Shown here: positions 38,042-46,540 of the stretch, in pieces
Layout: each line of letters starts with the position of its first letter
Numbering within the stretch: the first letter of the stretch is position 1
Origin: Patescibacteria group bacterium
GTDB taxonomy: Bacteria > Patescibacteriota > Patescibacteriia > JAXHNJ01
Direction of reading: 5' to 3'
Length of the DNA stretch: 64,000 nt
Assembly: GCA_034520665.1 (NCBI GenBank)
Contig: JAXHNJ010000003.1
Coordinates: forward strand, 11,057 to 75,056
Notes under the pieces: generated by a model
Told to the model about the DNA's origin: nothing
Databases searched by the model: none
What the model saw: the letters and a program-made list of their open reading frames with translations, nothing else
Position numbers and translations under genes: made by a program

Positions 38042-39217
38042 TTACTTTTGGGGTGAACGCGCCCTGATTTTTTTTATCAAGTTAGGCAAAACCCTTAAAA
38101 ACTTTTCCACTTCTTCTTTGGTATTATGACGGCCTAAACTAATCCTAATAGCCCCATGACATCTACTTTCTGACAAACCCATGGCTTTCAAAACATGAGA
38201 GGATTTTAAAGAAGCTGAGGCACAAGCCGAGCCAGTGGAAACAGCCAATCCCTCTTTATCCAGCATTAAAAGTAAAGACTCCCCTTCAATATTATCAAAA
38301 GTAAAATTAATATGTCCGGGAGATCTTTTTAATAAGTCTCCGTTAAATATAGCCCCTTTAATATTTATCTTAACTTCTTTTATTATTTTCTGAGAAAAAT
38401 TAAATAACTTTTTATAATCCTTTTTCCTTTTTTTCCTCACCATTTCCAAGGCCTCCCCCAGACCAACAATTAAAGGCGTGTTAAGAGTACCGGGTCGAAC
38501 ACCATTTTCATGATGGCCACCGAAAATTATTGGCTTTAGATTAAGATTTTTTTTAAGATATAAAAGCCCCACGCCTTTTGGTCCATAAATTTTATGAGCC
38601 GATAAAGAGAGCGTGTCCACCCCTAATTTATCTACTGCCAAAGGAAAAAGAGCGGCCGCTTGAACAGCGTCAGTGTGAAATATAATTTTATTTTTTCTGG
38701 ATTTATTATTAGACTTAATTATAGCTCCGATTTTTTCAATTGGCTGTCTGGCTCCGGTTTCATTATTAATATACATTAAAGAGACTAAAAAAGTTTCTTT
38801 TCTAATAGCTTTTTTAAAGACCTTTTCATTAATTAAGCCCTTATTATTGACTGGCAAATAAGTAACTTTAAAGCCTTTTGATTCCAGGGCTTTGACTGTT
38901 TCTAATACCGCCGGATGTTCAATAGCCGTAGTAATTATATGTCCAAAATTATTCTTCCTTTTTAAAGCCACTCCTTGCAAAGCTAAATTTATGCTTTCAG
39001 TGGCTCCGGAAGTAAAATATATTTCTGCTTCCGAGCAATTTAAAAAATTAGCGGCTTGTCTTCTGGCCTTTTCAAGGCCTTGATTGGCTTTTTGTCCCGG
39101 TGAATGTAAAGAGTTAGGATTAGCAAAAATAGTCTTAAAATAAGGTCGCATAGCTTTAAAAACCAAGGGTTCTAAAGGCGTGGTAGCCGCGTGATCAAAG
39201 TATATATATTTATTCAT
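38042..39217 (-). CDS. cysteine desulfurase (class V aminotransferase, IscS/NifS-like)
   Basis: 391 aa. FDHAATTP N-terminus, PLP-Lys motif SLSAHKIYGPKGVG, active-site loop SSGSAC-like (STGSACAS). Confidence 0.9.
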   Translation of the reverse strand: MNKYIYFDHAATTPLEPLVFKAMRPYFKTIFANPNSLHSPGQKANQGLEKARRQAANFLNCSEAEIYFTSGATESINLALQGVALKRKNNFGHIITTAIEHPAVLETVKALESKGFKVTYLPVNNKGLINEKVFKKAIRKETFLVSLMYINNETGARQPIEKIGAIIKSNNKSRKNKIIFHTDAVQAAALFPLAVDKLGVDTLSLSAHKIYGPKGVGLLYLKKNLNLKPIIFGGHHENGVRPGTLNTPLIVGLGEALEMVRKKRKKDYKKLFNFSQKIIKEVKINIKGAIFNGDLLKRSPGHINFTFDNIEGESLLLMLDKEGLAVSTGSACASASLKSSHVLKAMGLSESRCHGAIRISLGRHNTKEEVEKFLRVLPNLIKKIRARSPQK

Positions 39218-39269
39218 AAAAAAATATATTAATTAATAAGTATTTCAATTATAACTAATAAAAGCCGGG

Positions 39270-39298
39270 TTGACAAATAAGAAGATCTATTATAGAAT
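39270..39298 (+). promoter_or_regulatory. sigma-70-type promoter for rpmA
   Basis: TTGACA, 17-nt spacer, TAGAAT (extended TATAGAAT). Transcription would start just before octamer array E. Confidence 0.55.
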
Positions 39299-39300
39299 AT

Positions 39301-39425
39301 TAATAATTAAAACCTAACTAATCAACTCAACCAATTAACTAAATTAACTAATCAACTAAACAACTAATTAACCATTCAACTAAACAACTAATTAACTAAA
39401 TTAACTAATCAACTAATTAACTATT
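39301..39425 (+). repeat. octamer array copy E (longest, about 15 units; 5' leader of rpmA)
   Basis: aacctaactaatcaactcaaccaattaactaaattaactaatcaactaaacaactaattaaccattcaactaaacaactaattaactaaattaactaatcaactaattaactatttc, ending 4 nt before the rpmA ATG. Confidence 0.8.
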
Positions 39426-39428
39426 TCT

Positions 39429-39710
39429 ATGGCCCATAAAAAAGCCGGCGGTTCCACTTCATTAGGCCGCGATTCAACCAGTAAAAGATTGGGGGTTAAG
39501 ATCCATCATGGCGCCTTGGCCCAGGCGGGCTCTATTATTATCCGTCAGAGAGGAACTAAATTCAGACCTGGTAAAAATGTCAAAAAAGGAGCTGATGACA
39601 CCCTTTATACCACCACCACTGGTTATGTTGAATTTATTAAACGCAAACTAAAAAGATTTGACGGTAAAATAAAACCGGCCCGTATAGTTAACATCATCCC
39701 CAAAAAATAA
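39429..39710 (+). CDS. rpmA: 50S ribosomal protein L27
   Basis: 93 aa. [16 protein letters not shown]...[30 protein letters not shown] is nearly canonical bL27. No rplU upstream. Confidence 0.95.
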   Translation: MAHKKAGGSTSLGRDSTSKRLGVKIHHGALAQAGSIIIRQRGTKFRPGKNVKKGADDTLYTTTTGYVEFIKRKLKRFDGKIKPARIVNIIPKK

Positions 39711-39777
39711 AAATCACCTGCCAATTTATTTTATATTAACAGGTGGTTTTTTAATTAATAAATATTATCACAAAAAT

Positions 39778-40575
39778 TTACTCTTTGGTTATTTTAAAAA
39801 CTTGATCCTTAACTTTAGATGGATAATTTTTTGCCTGCTGCCAAACTATATCAAACTGTCCTTTCATCATTTTAGATAGTTCCTCGCTTTCTATCAAAAA
39901 ACCGTAATTTTCTTTACTTGAAGAGAGAAAGCGCACTGTACTTCCGTAAATCACATACCCGAGGGAAAAATTTACACTTTTGGGAGCAATTTTTACTTTT
40001 CTTTTGTTCTCCTTGTCTATTCCTAAAAAAGGATATTTTTTAATAGAAGGAATTTGCGAAGCTGGCCAAATAGTTTTAAGGCTGATATTTCTGGCTATCC
40101 TTTCCTGATGAAATTTAATTAAAAAGCTCTTTCCCAATATTTTTATCATTTTCATAATGGGCCAGTAAGCTCTGACTTTAATATCACGGTATAAAAGCAT
40201 ATCTTTCATCATTTGCTGCAAAGCCGATTGTCCATGATAAATTTGCAAACTCGGTTCTTTAATCGAATCATTTTTATATAACTTTTCCAAAGACTTAAAG
40301 GATTTTCTGGCTTTTTCAAATTCTTTTTCCTTTTCTGATAAAAGTATATTTAACTTTTCAGGATTCTTAACCGCATATTGGTTAACTCCAGCCTTGGGAG
40401 ACTCGAAAATTAAACCTTTATCTATCATTTTTTCTAAAAGATCATAAACAGAAGTCCGGCTGATATTAACTTTCTTGGCTAAAGTGGAAGCGGTCATTTC
40501 TCCTTCGAAGAAAAGCTTTTCAAAAAGTTCTATTTCTATTCTTCTTAAATTAAATTGTCTTAAAAATTCTTTCAT
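39778..40575 (-). CDS. TrmB-family transcriptional regulator
   Basis: 265 aa. N-terminal wHTH (ASTLAKKVNISRTSVYDLLEKMIDKGLI) plus a TrmB C-terminal-like domain. Confidence 0.7.
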   Translation of the reverse strand: MKEFLRQFNLRRIEIELFEKLFFEGEMTASTLAKKVNISRTSVYDLLEKMIDKGLIFESPKAGVNQYAVKNPEKLNILLSEKEKEFEKARKSFKSLEKLYKNDSIKEPSLQIYHGQSALQQMMKDMLLYRDIKVRAYWPIMKMIKILGKSFLIKFHQERIARNISLKTIWPASQIPSIKKYPFLGIDKENKRKVKIAPKSVNFSLGYVIYGSTVRFLSSSKENYGFLIESEELSKMMKGQFDIVWQQAKNYPSKVKDQVFKITKE

Positions 40576-40653
40576 ATTGTTTACTGTTGTGGATATGTCA
40601 CGACACTGTTTACACTACTCCCCTATTACTGTAATGTCAAGGCAAAGTCTGTT

Positions 40654-41040
40654 ATGTTCTTTAAAAATGAAAGGAAAGAGATGGAAAGTAGGCCAAAGAC
40701 ACGCTCTTGGGGAAAACATAATTTTTCACGCTTTCAACATATGTGTGAATTATTCAGATGTCCGAGTTGCGATTATAATTTCGGACATCAACTCACTAAC
40801 TGTTTTCCTTATACAGTTGGTTATAGTAATAAACCAGACTACAAAAAAAACCATCGTGAACAAGGTATACTACTTTTAGAGTGCCCTCAATGTTTTGAGA
40901 TTATCTGGTTTCATTATCCAGGAGATATCTTTATCAGCTCTGTAATAAGAGAATTAAAGAAAAATCCAAAATACTTTAAAGTCGCTGGTACTAAAGAGGC
41001 TTTTCTAGTCAGTATAAAAAGGAGGAAGAAAGATGTCTGA
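40654..41040 (+). CDS. zinc-ribbon containing hypothetical protein
   Basis: 128 aa. CPSCDYNF...CPQCFEI Cys pairs; located at the edge of the repeat island. Confidence 0.4.
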   Translation: MFFKNERKEMESRPKTRSWGKHNFSRFQHMCELFRCPSCDYNFGHQLTNCFPYTVGYSNKPDYKKNHREQGILLLECPQCFEIIWFHYPGDIFISSVIRELKKNPKYFKVAGTKEAFLVSIKRRKKDV

Positions 41041-41215
41041 ACATAAAAAAATAGCCAAGAGATGTGAGTTTTTGGCTAAGACTAATCTAGATTTGCAACA
41101 GCAAATTATTGCACTCAATGACCGTTTCATAGAGGTCTGTAAAGATAAAATTGAACTCATTGACGAAAAAAAAGAACTGGAAGATTTGCTTAGAGAAAAA
41201 AGAGGAGGAAATTAA
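41033..41215 (+). CDS. small coiled-coil protein
   Basis: 60 aa, heptad-like, overlaps the upstream ORF by 8 nt. Its 3' end plus terminator is duplicated at 42876-42950. Confidence 0.3.
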   Translation: MSEHKKIAKRCEFLAKTNLDLQQQIIALNDRFIEVCKDKIELIDEKKELEDLLREKRGGN

Positions 41216-41254
41216 AAAAGAGCTCGGTTTTTAAGCTCAAACTAATTTTACCAG

Positions 41255-41285
41255 GCTGCGCTTTTTAAGCGCAGCTTTTTTTTTA
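41255..41285 (+). terminator. rho-independent terminator
   Basis: gctgcgc-tttttaa-gcgcagc followed by a T9 run, downstream of the 40654-41215 ORF pair. A related hairpin plus T-run copy is at 42927-42954. Confidence 0.65.
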
Positions 41286-41560
41286 TTTAATGAATCCTGA
41301 ATAGAAATCTGATGCTTAGACAGGTATTGAGTCTCCCGGATAATATCTGCTAAACACGCCATTTTTTGCGTAAGCGGAGATTTATTCCCGCTATTTTTAA
41401 TAAGAAATGAGTGTTTGGTAAATTGAAAAATAAAATTTATATACAAAGAATAATTTATGCCAAATTATTATTAATACCCTAAATTATACCAAAAAGAAGT
41501 TTAATTATCTTCTTAATGCTTATGTAATTATGATAAAACAGGCTCATTTAATTTTGACAT

Positions 41561-41585
41561 CTGGAGATAAATCTCCAGCTACGCG
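41561..41585 (+). repeat. REP-like palindrome, family 1
   Basis: ctggagataaatctccagctacgcg. Confidence 0.8.
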
Positions 41586-41594
41586 GTTGGAGAG

Positions 41595-41652
41595 GTGGAG
41601 ATGGGGATCTGAACCAGAGTCGCGCTAAGCGCGACTTACTAAATAAGATATA
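41595..41652 (+). repeat. 58-nt repeat with agtcgcgc-taa-gcgcgact palindrome
   Basis: gtggagatggggatctgaaccagagtcgcgctaagcgcgacttactaaataagatata; second copy at 42808-42865. Confidence 0.7.
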
Positions 41653-41653
41653 T

Positions 41654-41678
41654 CTGGAGATAAATCTCCAGCTACGCG
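41654..41678 (+). repeat. REP-like palindrome, family 1
   Basis: ctggagataaatctccagctacgcg. Confidence 0.8.
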
Positions 41679-41725
41679 ATTGGAGAGGTTTGTTTACGAG
41701 TAGGTAAAAGATTTATCTCCGCTAA

Positions 41726-41835
41726 TTTACCAAGAAGTCTGAACTTAGTAAATATATTGCCAGAACCGGTCTGGGGACCAGTTCTTCTCGCGAAAAAATC
41801 TTTTTTAAAATATCGCCATATGAATGTTGCGCCAA
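41726..41835 (+). pseudogene. third, internally deleted RAYT-fragment copy plus shared 3' extension (cttttttaaaatatcgccatatgaatgttgcgcc)
   Basis: Matches 42570-42701 except for a deletion of about 20 nt; the 3' extension motif occurs again at 42150-42192. Confidence 0.6.
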
Positions 41836-41883
41836 ATTATATTTTATATTATTTAATAGCCTGGCGCCGGATTTATCCGGCGA

Positions 41884-42150
41884 TTTATGTTTTGCTAATT
41901 GGTTATGGTTATAGCAGCTAGTAAGGTTTTGGTTGTGGGTTTGGAATAAAAAACCATTGACTCAGCCTAATAACCAAACTAGCGGCTCGGCCCAAAACCC
42001 TCTTTTTTGCTAATTGGTTATGGTTATAGCAGCTAGTAAGGTTTTGGTGGTGGGTTTGGAATAAAAAAACCATTGACTCAGCCTAATAACCAAACTAGCG
42101 GCTCGGCCCAAAGCACTTTGTTTTAAGGCTAATTGGTTTATACTTGTGGA
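41884..42150 (+). repeat. tandem direct repeat, about 124-nt unit, 2.2 copies
   Basis: Unit tgctaattggttatggttatagcagctagtaaggttttggt.gtgggtttggaataaaaaaccattgactcagcctaataaccaaactagcggctcggcccaaa...; copies about 95% identical. Confidence 0.75.
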
Positions 42151-42281
42151 GTAATCTTTTTAAAATGTCGCCATATAAATGTTGCGCCAGGAAATAATAT
42201 TATTCTAATCTCTCTGGCGCCGGCTTCTAAGCCAGTGCTATAAGTTTGTATATTAAAAAATAGAATCTAATTACTTTCTAT

Positions 42282-42347
42282 CGCCTAGGCAAAAGATTTA
42301 TCTCCGCGTTTAAATAAAATCGCCTAGGCAGAAATCTCTATTCCCGC
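42282..42347 (-). repeat. composite repeat, family 3, second copy
   Basis: cgcctaggcaaaagatttatctccgcgtttaaataaaatcgcctaggcagaaatctctattcccgc. Confidence 0.7.
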
Positions 42348-42476
42348 TATATATTAAATATTCAAATAGTATGCTTTTGTTTAAATTTATTTTAATATCG
42401 ATAAATCAGGCGTAGAGGCGGGTCATGGCCCGCACCGCCTTATAAAACAAACTGCCAAGGAAACCCTTAAAATTAC

Positions 42477-42653
42477 CCGAGAAGCGCGGATCTCCTGATC
42501 CGCGTCACCTTATTCGGTTGGATCAGGAGATCCAACCTTCTCGAGCAAAAATAGATTATTAAATCTCTAATTCACCGAGAAGCTCTGGCCCCCAGGCCTT
42601 GAGCTTAGTAAATATATTGCCAGAACCGGTCTGGGGACCAGTTCTTTTCGCGA
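42477..42653 (+). pseudogene. second copy of the 177-nt hairpin plus RAYT-fragment repeat
   Basis: Nearly identical to 25512-25688. Confidence 0.7.
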
Positions 42654-42950
42654 AAAAACCTTTTTTAAAATATCGCCATATGAATGTTGCGCCGGGTTGT
42701 ATTTTAAATTATTAAACCTTCTGTGAACGAATTTATTCGGCGCTATGTTCTTAAAAAAAATGATACATTCTCACGCTTTCGCGTGGACACCACTTACTAT
42801 TGTTAAAGTGGAGATGGGGATCTGAACCACAGTCGCGCTAAGCGCGACTTACTAAATAAGATATAGAAAAGATCAGGGAGGAAATTAAAAAAGAGCTTGG
42901 TTTTTAAGCTCAAATTTTTTTCCCAAGGCTGTGGTAAACACAGCCTTTTT

Positions 42951-44582
42951 TTATTTCTTACAAACTTGTAAAAACTCGACAAACAAAGGATGGGGATTTA
43001 AAAATTGGGATTTATACTCCGGATGAAACTGCACGCCAATAAAAAACGGATGGTCTGAAATTTCCACGGCTTCCACTAATTTACCATCCGGCGAAGTACC
43101 GGCTATGGTCAAACCTTTTTTTTCCATTTTAGCCCGGTAAGCCGTATTAAACTCATAACGGTGGCGATGACGCTCCTGAATTTTTCTTTTATTTTTATAA
43201 GCTTTAGCTAACCGAGTACCTTTGATTATTTTACAGGGCCAGTTGCCGAGACGAATGGTACCACCGTATTGCTTTTTGGCTAGATATTTTTCTTGATCAG
43301 GCATAACATGAATAATTGGATGAGGGGTTTTGGGGTCAATTTCACTGGAATTGGCCTTTTTTAGCTTTAATACATTTCTAGCAAATTCAATAACCGCCAT
43401 TTGCATACCATAACAAAGACCTAAATATGGGATAAAATTCTCGCGCACATACTTGATAGTTTTAATTTTGCCCTCTGAACCCCTTGAACCCCAGCCCTGC
43501 GGCACCACTATGCCGTCATAATTTTTTAATTTTTTCACGTTTTGCGGTTTTCTTTCAAATTCTTCGGCGTTTATCCATGTCAGTTCTAATTTAGCTGTAT
43601 TAGCCCAAGCCGCGTGCTTTAAAGACTCAATTACAGAAATATAAGAATCCGCTAAAATAAAATCTCCTACGCCAAAATATTTACCAACAATACCGATTTT
43701 TACCTTTTTTCTGGCTCGTTTTGATTTATTTATTATTTTTTGCCATTCTTTTAAATCTCCTTTTCTTGGCCTTAGACCAAAATTTTTCAGTATTTTACGG
43801 GCTACTTTTTGCTTGGAGAAATTTAAAGGAATTTCATAAATATTATCTACGTCAACCGCTGAAATAATATTTTCCGGATCAACATTACAATTAGTGGATA
43901 ATTTCTCCCGGCGAGGTTTATCAAGCGGTTTTTCGGCCCGACAAAAGAGAAAGTCTGGCTGAATACCGGCTGAATTCAAAGTGCGTACAGCGTATTGAGT
44001 CGGTTTGGTTTTCATTTCACCAATTTTACTGGGAATAGGCAGATAACTGACTAAAATATATTGGACTTGTCCCGGGTTTTTTAAATTCATCATTCTGGCT
44101 GCTTCTAAAAATAATAGATTTTGATATTCGCCAACTGTACCACCGATTTCAATAATAATAAAATCAGCTTTTGATTTACGGGCTAGTTTTTTAATGCGTC
44201 TTATTACTTCGTTGGGAATATGAGGCACTACTTCGACACATTTGCCGTTAAATTCCAGGTTTCTTTCTTTTTGGATAACCGACCTATAAACAGACCCGGT
44301 GGTCATGTAATTGTCTTTGTTTAATTCCTGGCTTAAAAATCTCTCATAATTACCGATATCCTGATCAGTTTCCAAACCATCCTGAGTAACAAAAACTTCT
44401 CCGTGCTCGGTCGGGTTCATGGTACCGGCGTCAACATTTACATAAGGATCAATTTTCATAGCTGAGACCCGATAACTTTTGCTTTTTAAGAGACGAGACA
44501 AAGAAGAAACCGCAATGCCTTTACCTAAACCGGACAAAACCCCGCCCATGACAAATATAAATTTTGTTTTAGTTTTTTTCAT
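42951..44582 (-). CDS. pyrG: CTP synthase
   Basis: 543 aa. N-terminal synthetase (FIFVMGGVLSGLGKG) and C-terminal GATase (GLCYGMQ). Confidence 0.95.
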   Translation of the reverse strand: MKKTKTKFIFVMGGVLSGLGKGIAVSSLSRLLKSKSYRVSAMKIDPYVNVDAGTMNPTEHGEVFVTQDGLETDQDIGNYERFLSQELNKDNYMTTGSVYRSVIQKERNLEFNGKCVEVVPHIPNEVIRRIKKLARKSKADFIIIEIGGTVGEYQNLLFLEAARMMNLKNPGQVQYILVSYLPIPSKIGEMKTKPTQYAVRTLNSAGIQPDFLFCRAEKPLDKPRREKLSTNCNVDPENIISAVDVDNIYEIPLNFSKQKVARKILKNFGLRPRKGDLKEWQKIINKSKRARKKVKIGIVGKYFGVGDFILADSYISVIESLKHAAWANTAKLELTWINAEEFERKPQNVKKLKNYDGIVVPQGWGSRGSEGKIKTIKYVRENFIPYLGLCYGMQMAVIEFARNVLKLKKANSSEIDPKTPHPIIHVMPDQEKYLAKKQYGGTIRLGNWPCKIIKGTRLAKAYKNKRKIQERHRHRYEFNTAYRAKMEKKGLTIAGTSPDGKLVEAVEISDHPFFIGVQFHPEYKSQFLNPHPLFVEFLQVCKK

Positions 44583-45019
44583 TATTTTATAGTCAGTTTT
44601 AACTTAGCTTCTTGATCAGCTAATTTAATTTTGATATTAGACTGACCGGTTTGTTTAATCGGTTTATCTAAAATAATATTTTTTTCTTTTAAATCAAGAT
44701 TGAAATTTTTCTTAATTTTTTTTAATATATCACTTTTATGTACCGCTGCAAAAAGATGACCTTCCTCATTAGACTTCATTTTTAAAGTTATTTCTTTGCT
44801 TTTGAAAGTTTCTAATATTTTTTCATTCTCTTTTTCTTGTCTTAATTTTCTTTTTTCTCTTTTTTTTGCTTTTTTCTTAGCCGTTTTAATTTTATTAGGA
44901 GTGGCTTTTTCGGCTAAATTTTTGGCGATTAAAAAATTTCGGGCGTAACCTGGAGAGACTGCCTTAACTTCACCTTTTTGGCCCAGTTTTTTTATGTCTT
45001 CTTTTAAAATAATTTTCAT
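44582..45019 (-). CDS. rplI: 50S ribosomal protein L9
   Basis: 145 aa. MKIILKEDIKKLGQKGEVKAVSPGYARNFLI matches the L9 N-domain consensus. Confidence 0.85.
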   Translation of the reverse strand: MKIILKEDIKKLGQKGEVKAVSPGYARNFLIAKNLAEKATPNKIKTAKKKAKKREKRKLRQEKENEKILETFKSKEITLKMKSNEEGHLFAAVHKSDILKKIKKNFNLDLKEKNIILDKPIKQTGQSNIKIKLADQEAKLKLTIK

Positions 45020-45022
45020 AAA

Positions 45023-45298
45023 TTAATATTTTATTTTGAAATTTTGGTAATTTTTTTTATTTTCTAGATATTTTTTATCAATATTTTGTATTTGTCCTGG
45101 TGTCCGGCCACTTTTTAGCCAAGAAAAAAAATCTTCTAGTTTATTTTCAGAGCCAACCACTATTATTTCCACCCGGCCGTCATTAGTATTTCTGACATAG
45201 CCTTTTAAATCTAAATCTCTGGCTACTTGTTTTATATTATAACGCATATTCACCCCTTGAACAAGGCCTTCAAGCATAATTTTAACTCTTTTAATCAT
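45023..45298 (-). CDS. acyP: acylphosphatase
   Basis: 91 aa. V.GLVQGVNMR...GYVRNTNDGRVEI acylphosphatase signature. Confidence 0.85.
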   Translation of the reverse strand: MIKRVKIMLEGLVQGVNMRYNIKQVARDLDLKGYVRNTNDGRVEIIVVGSENKLEDFFSWLKSGRTPGQIQNIDKKYLENKKNYQNFKIKY

Positions 45299-45301
45299 TT
45301 A

Positions 45302-46540
45302 TTACCTCTGGTTTATTTCTTCTTTTATCAATTCTAAAGCTTTATCAAACTGGGGGTCTTTGTCATTATCAAAATCTTCCTGGGTTAGCTCTACTTCAAC
45401 ATCCGGAGTAATCCCTTTTTCATTAATATTATGTCCTTTAGGGGTAAGCCATTTAGCGGTGGTTAATTTAAGAGAAGAGCCGTCAGAAAATTGTTCATAC
45501 TCCTGGACTGAACCCTTACCAAAAGAGGTTTCACCGACAAGGGTGGCCTGATTATAATCTTTTAAAGCACCGGCTACAATTTCAGAGGCAGAAGCACTTC
45601 CTTCATTAATAATTACCGTCATCGGATAGCCTTGTAATTTAGCTTCCCCCTTAGCTTGGTACTCGGTAATATTCTCCTCAGAAAATTTTTCTTTAACAAT
45701 AACTCCCTCTTCTATAAAAAGCGAAGCTACTTTTATAGAGGTTTCTAAATAGCCTCCTGAATTGTTCCGCAAATCTAAAATGATACCTTGAACATCTTTA
45801 AGTAAAAAATCATTAGTGGCTTGGTCAAGTAAATTCATAGTGTCATCAGTAAAACTTGATATTTCTAAATAACCAATTTTTTTATCTTGGCTGGTAATAA
45901 TACTCCAATCAACACTTTTTATGTTAATTTTATCTCTGGTTATTTTTATATCTTTAAGCTCTTCCAATCCCTCCCTGGCCACAGTCAAAGTAACGGCCGT
46001 ATCCTTTTCCCCTCTGATTAAAGAAACCGCGTAATCCAAACTCATATTAGTCGTTTCTTGCCCGTCTATTTTAATAATTTTATCTTTGGCCTGTAAACCA
46101 GCTTTCTTAGCCGGTGAACCCTCTAGAGGAGCGATAACCTGCAGCTGATTATTTTTGATACCAATTTCAGCGCCAATACCCTCAAAACTGCCCTCAATTT
46201 CATTCAAAAAGACTTTTGATAGCTCAGGATTAAGAAAAGTGGAATAAGGGTCTTCCAGGCTGTTTACTAGGCCAGAAATAGCCCCATAAAGCATTTTTTG
46301 TTTATCAAGAGAACCATTAACATAATTTTCTTCAATGGCATGCCAAACCTTATTAAAAAGTATATAATTAACTGAGGAATTATTATCTGACAACAGACTT
46401 AAAGCCTCTTTTAAGGAAACATTTTTTTGCCAGGAAGAATTAGAGGAAAAACCCAATAAAAAACCGCCAATAAAAGCAGCCAGGATAAAAAAAACAACTA
46501 GAGTAATTAAATATTTTCTTTTACCAGTTTTATTATTCAT
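45302..46540 (-). CDS. ctpA: S41 C-terminal processing peptidase with PDZ domain
   Basis: 412 aa. N-terminal TM, PDZ domain, catalytic region (DLRNNSGGYL, SASASEI). Confidence 0.88.
   Translation of the reverse strand: MNNKTGKRKYLITLVVFFILAAFIGGFLLGFSSNSSWQKNVSLKEALSLLSDNNSSVNYILFNKVWHAIEENYVNGSLDKQKMLYGAISGLVNSLEDPYSTFLNPELSKVFLNEIEGSFEGIGAEIGIKNNQLQVIAPLEGSPAKKAGLQAKDKIIKIDGQETTNMSLDYAVSLIRGEKDTAVTLTVAREGLEELKDIKITRDKINIKSVDWSIITSQDKKIGYLEISSFTDDTMNLLDQATNDFLLKDVQGIILDLRNNSGGYLETSIKVASLFIEEGVIVKEKFSEENITEYQAKGEAKLQGYPMTVIINEGSASASEIVAGALKDYNQATLVGETSFGKGSVQEYEQFSDGSSLKLTTAKWLTPKGHNINEKGITPDVEVELTQEDFDNDKDPQFDKALELIKEEINQR

Noticed and set aside
39301-39425. Octamer arrays and REP clusters considered as possible CRISPR arrays
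   Set aside because: Units are 8 nt and degenerate, or are palindromes without regularly spaced unique spacers of constant length. There are no cas genes apart from a solo Cas4-like nuclease.
41237-41446. 69-aa minus-strand ORF at 41237-41446
   Set aside because: It overlaps the plus-strand terminator hairpin and repeat DNA, with no RBS or family.
42927-42954. Hairpin plus T-run as the terminator of pyrG
   Set aside because: The T-run is on the plus strand, while pyrG is on the minus strand. The hairpin is a duplicated copy of the 41255-41285 terminator module.
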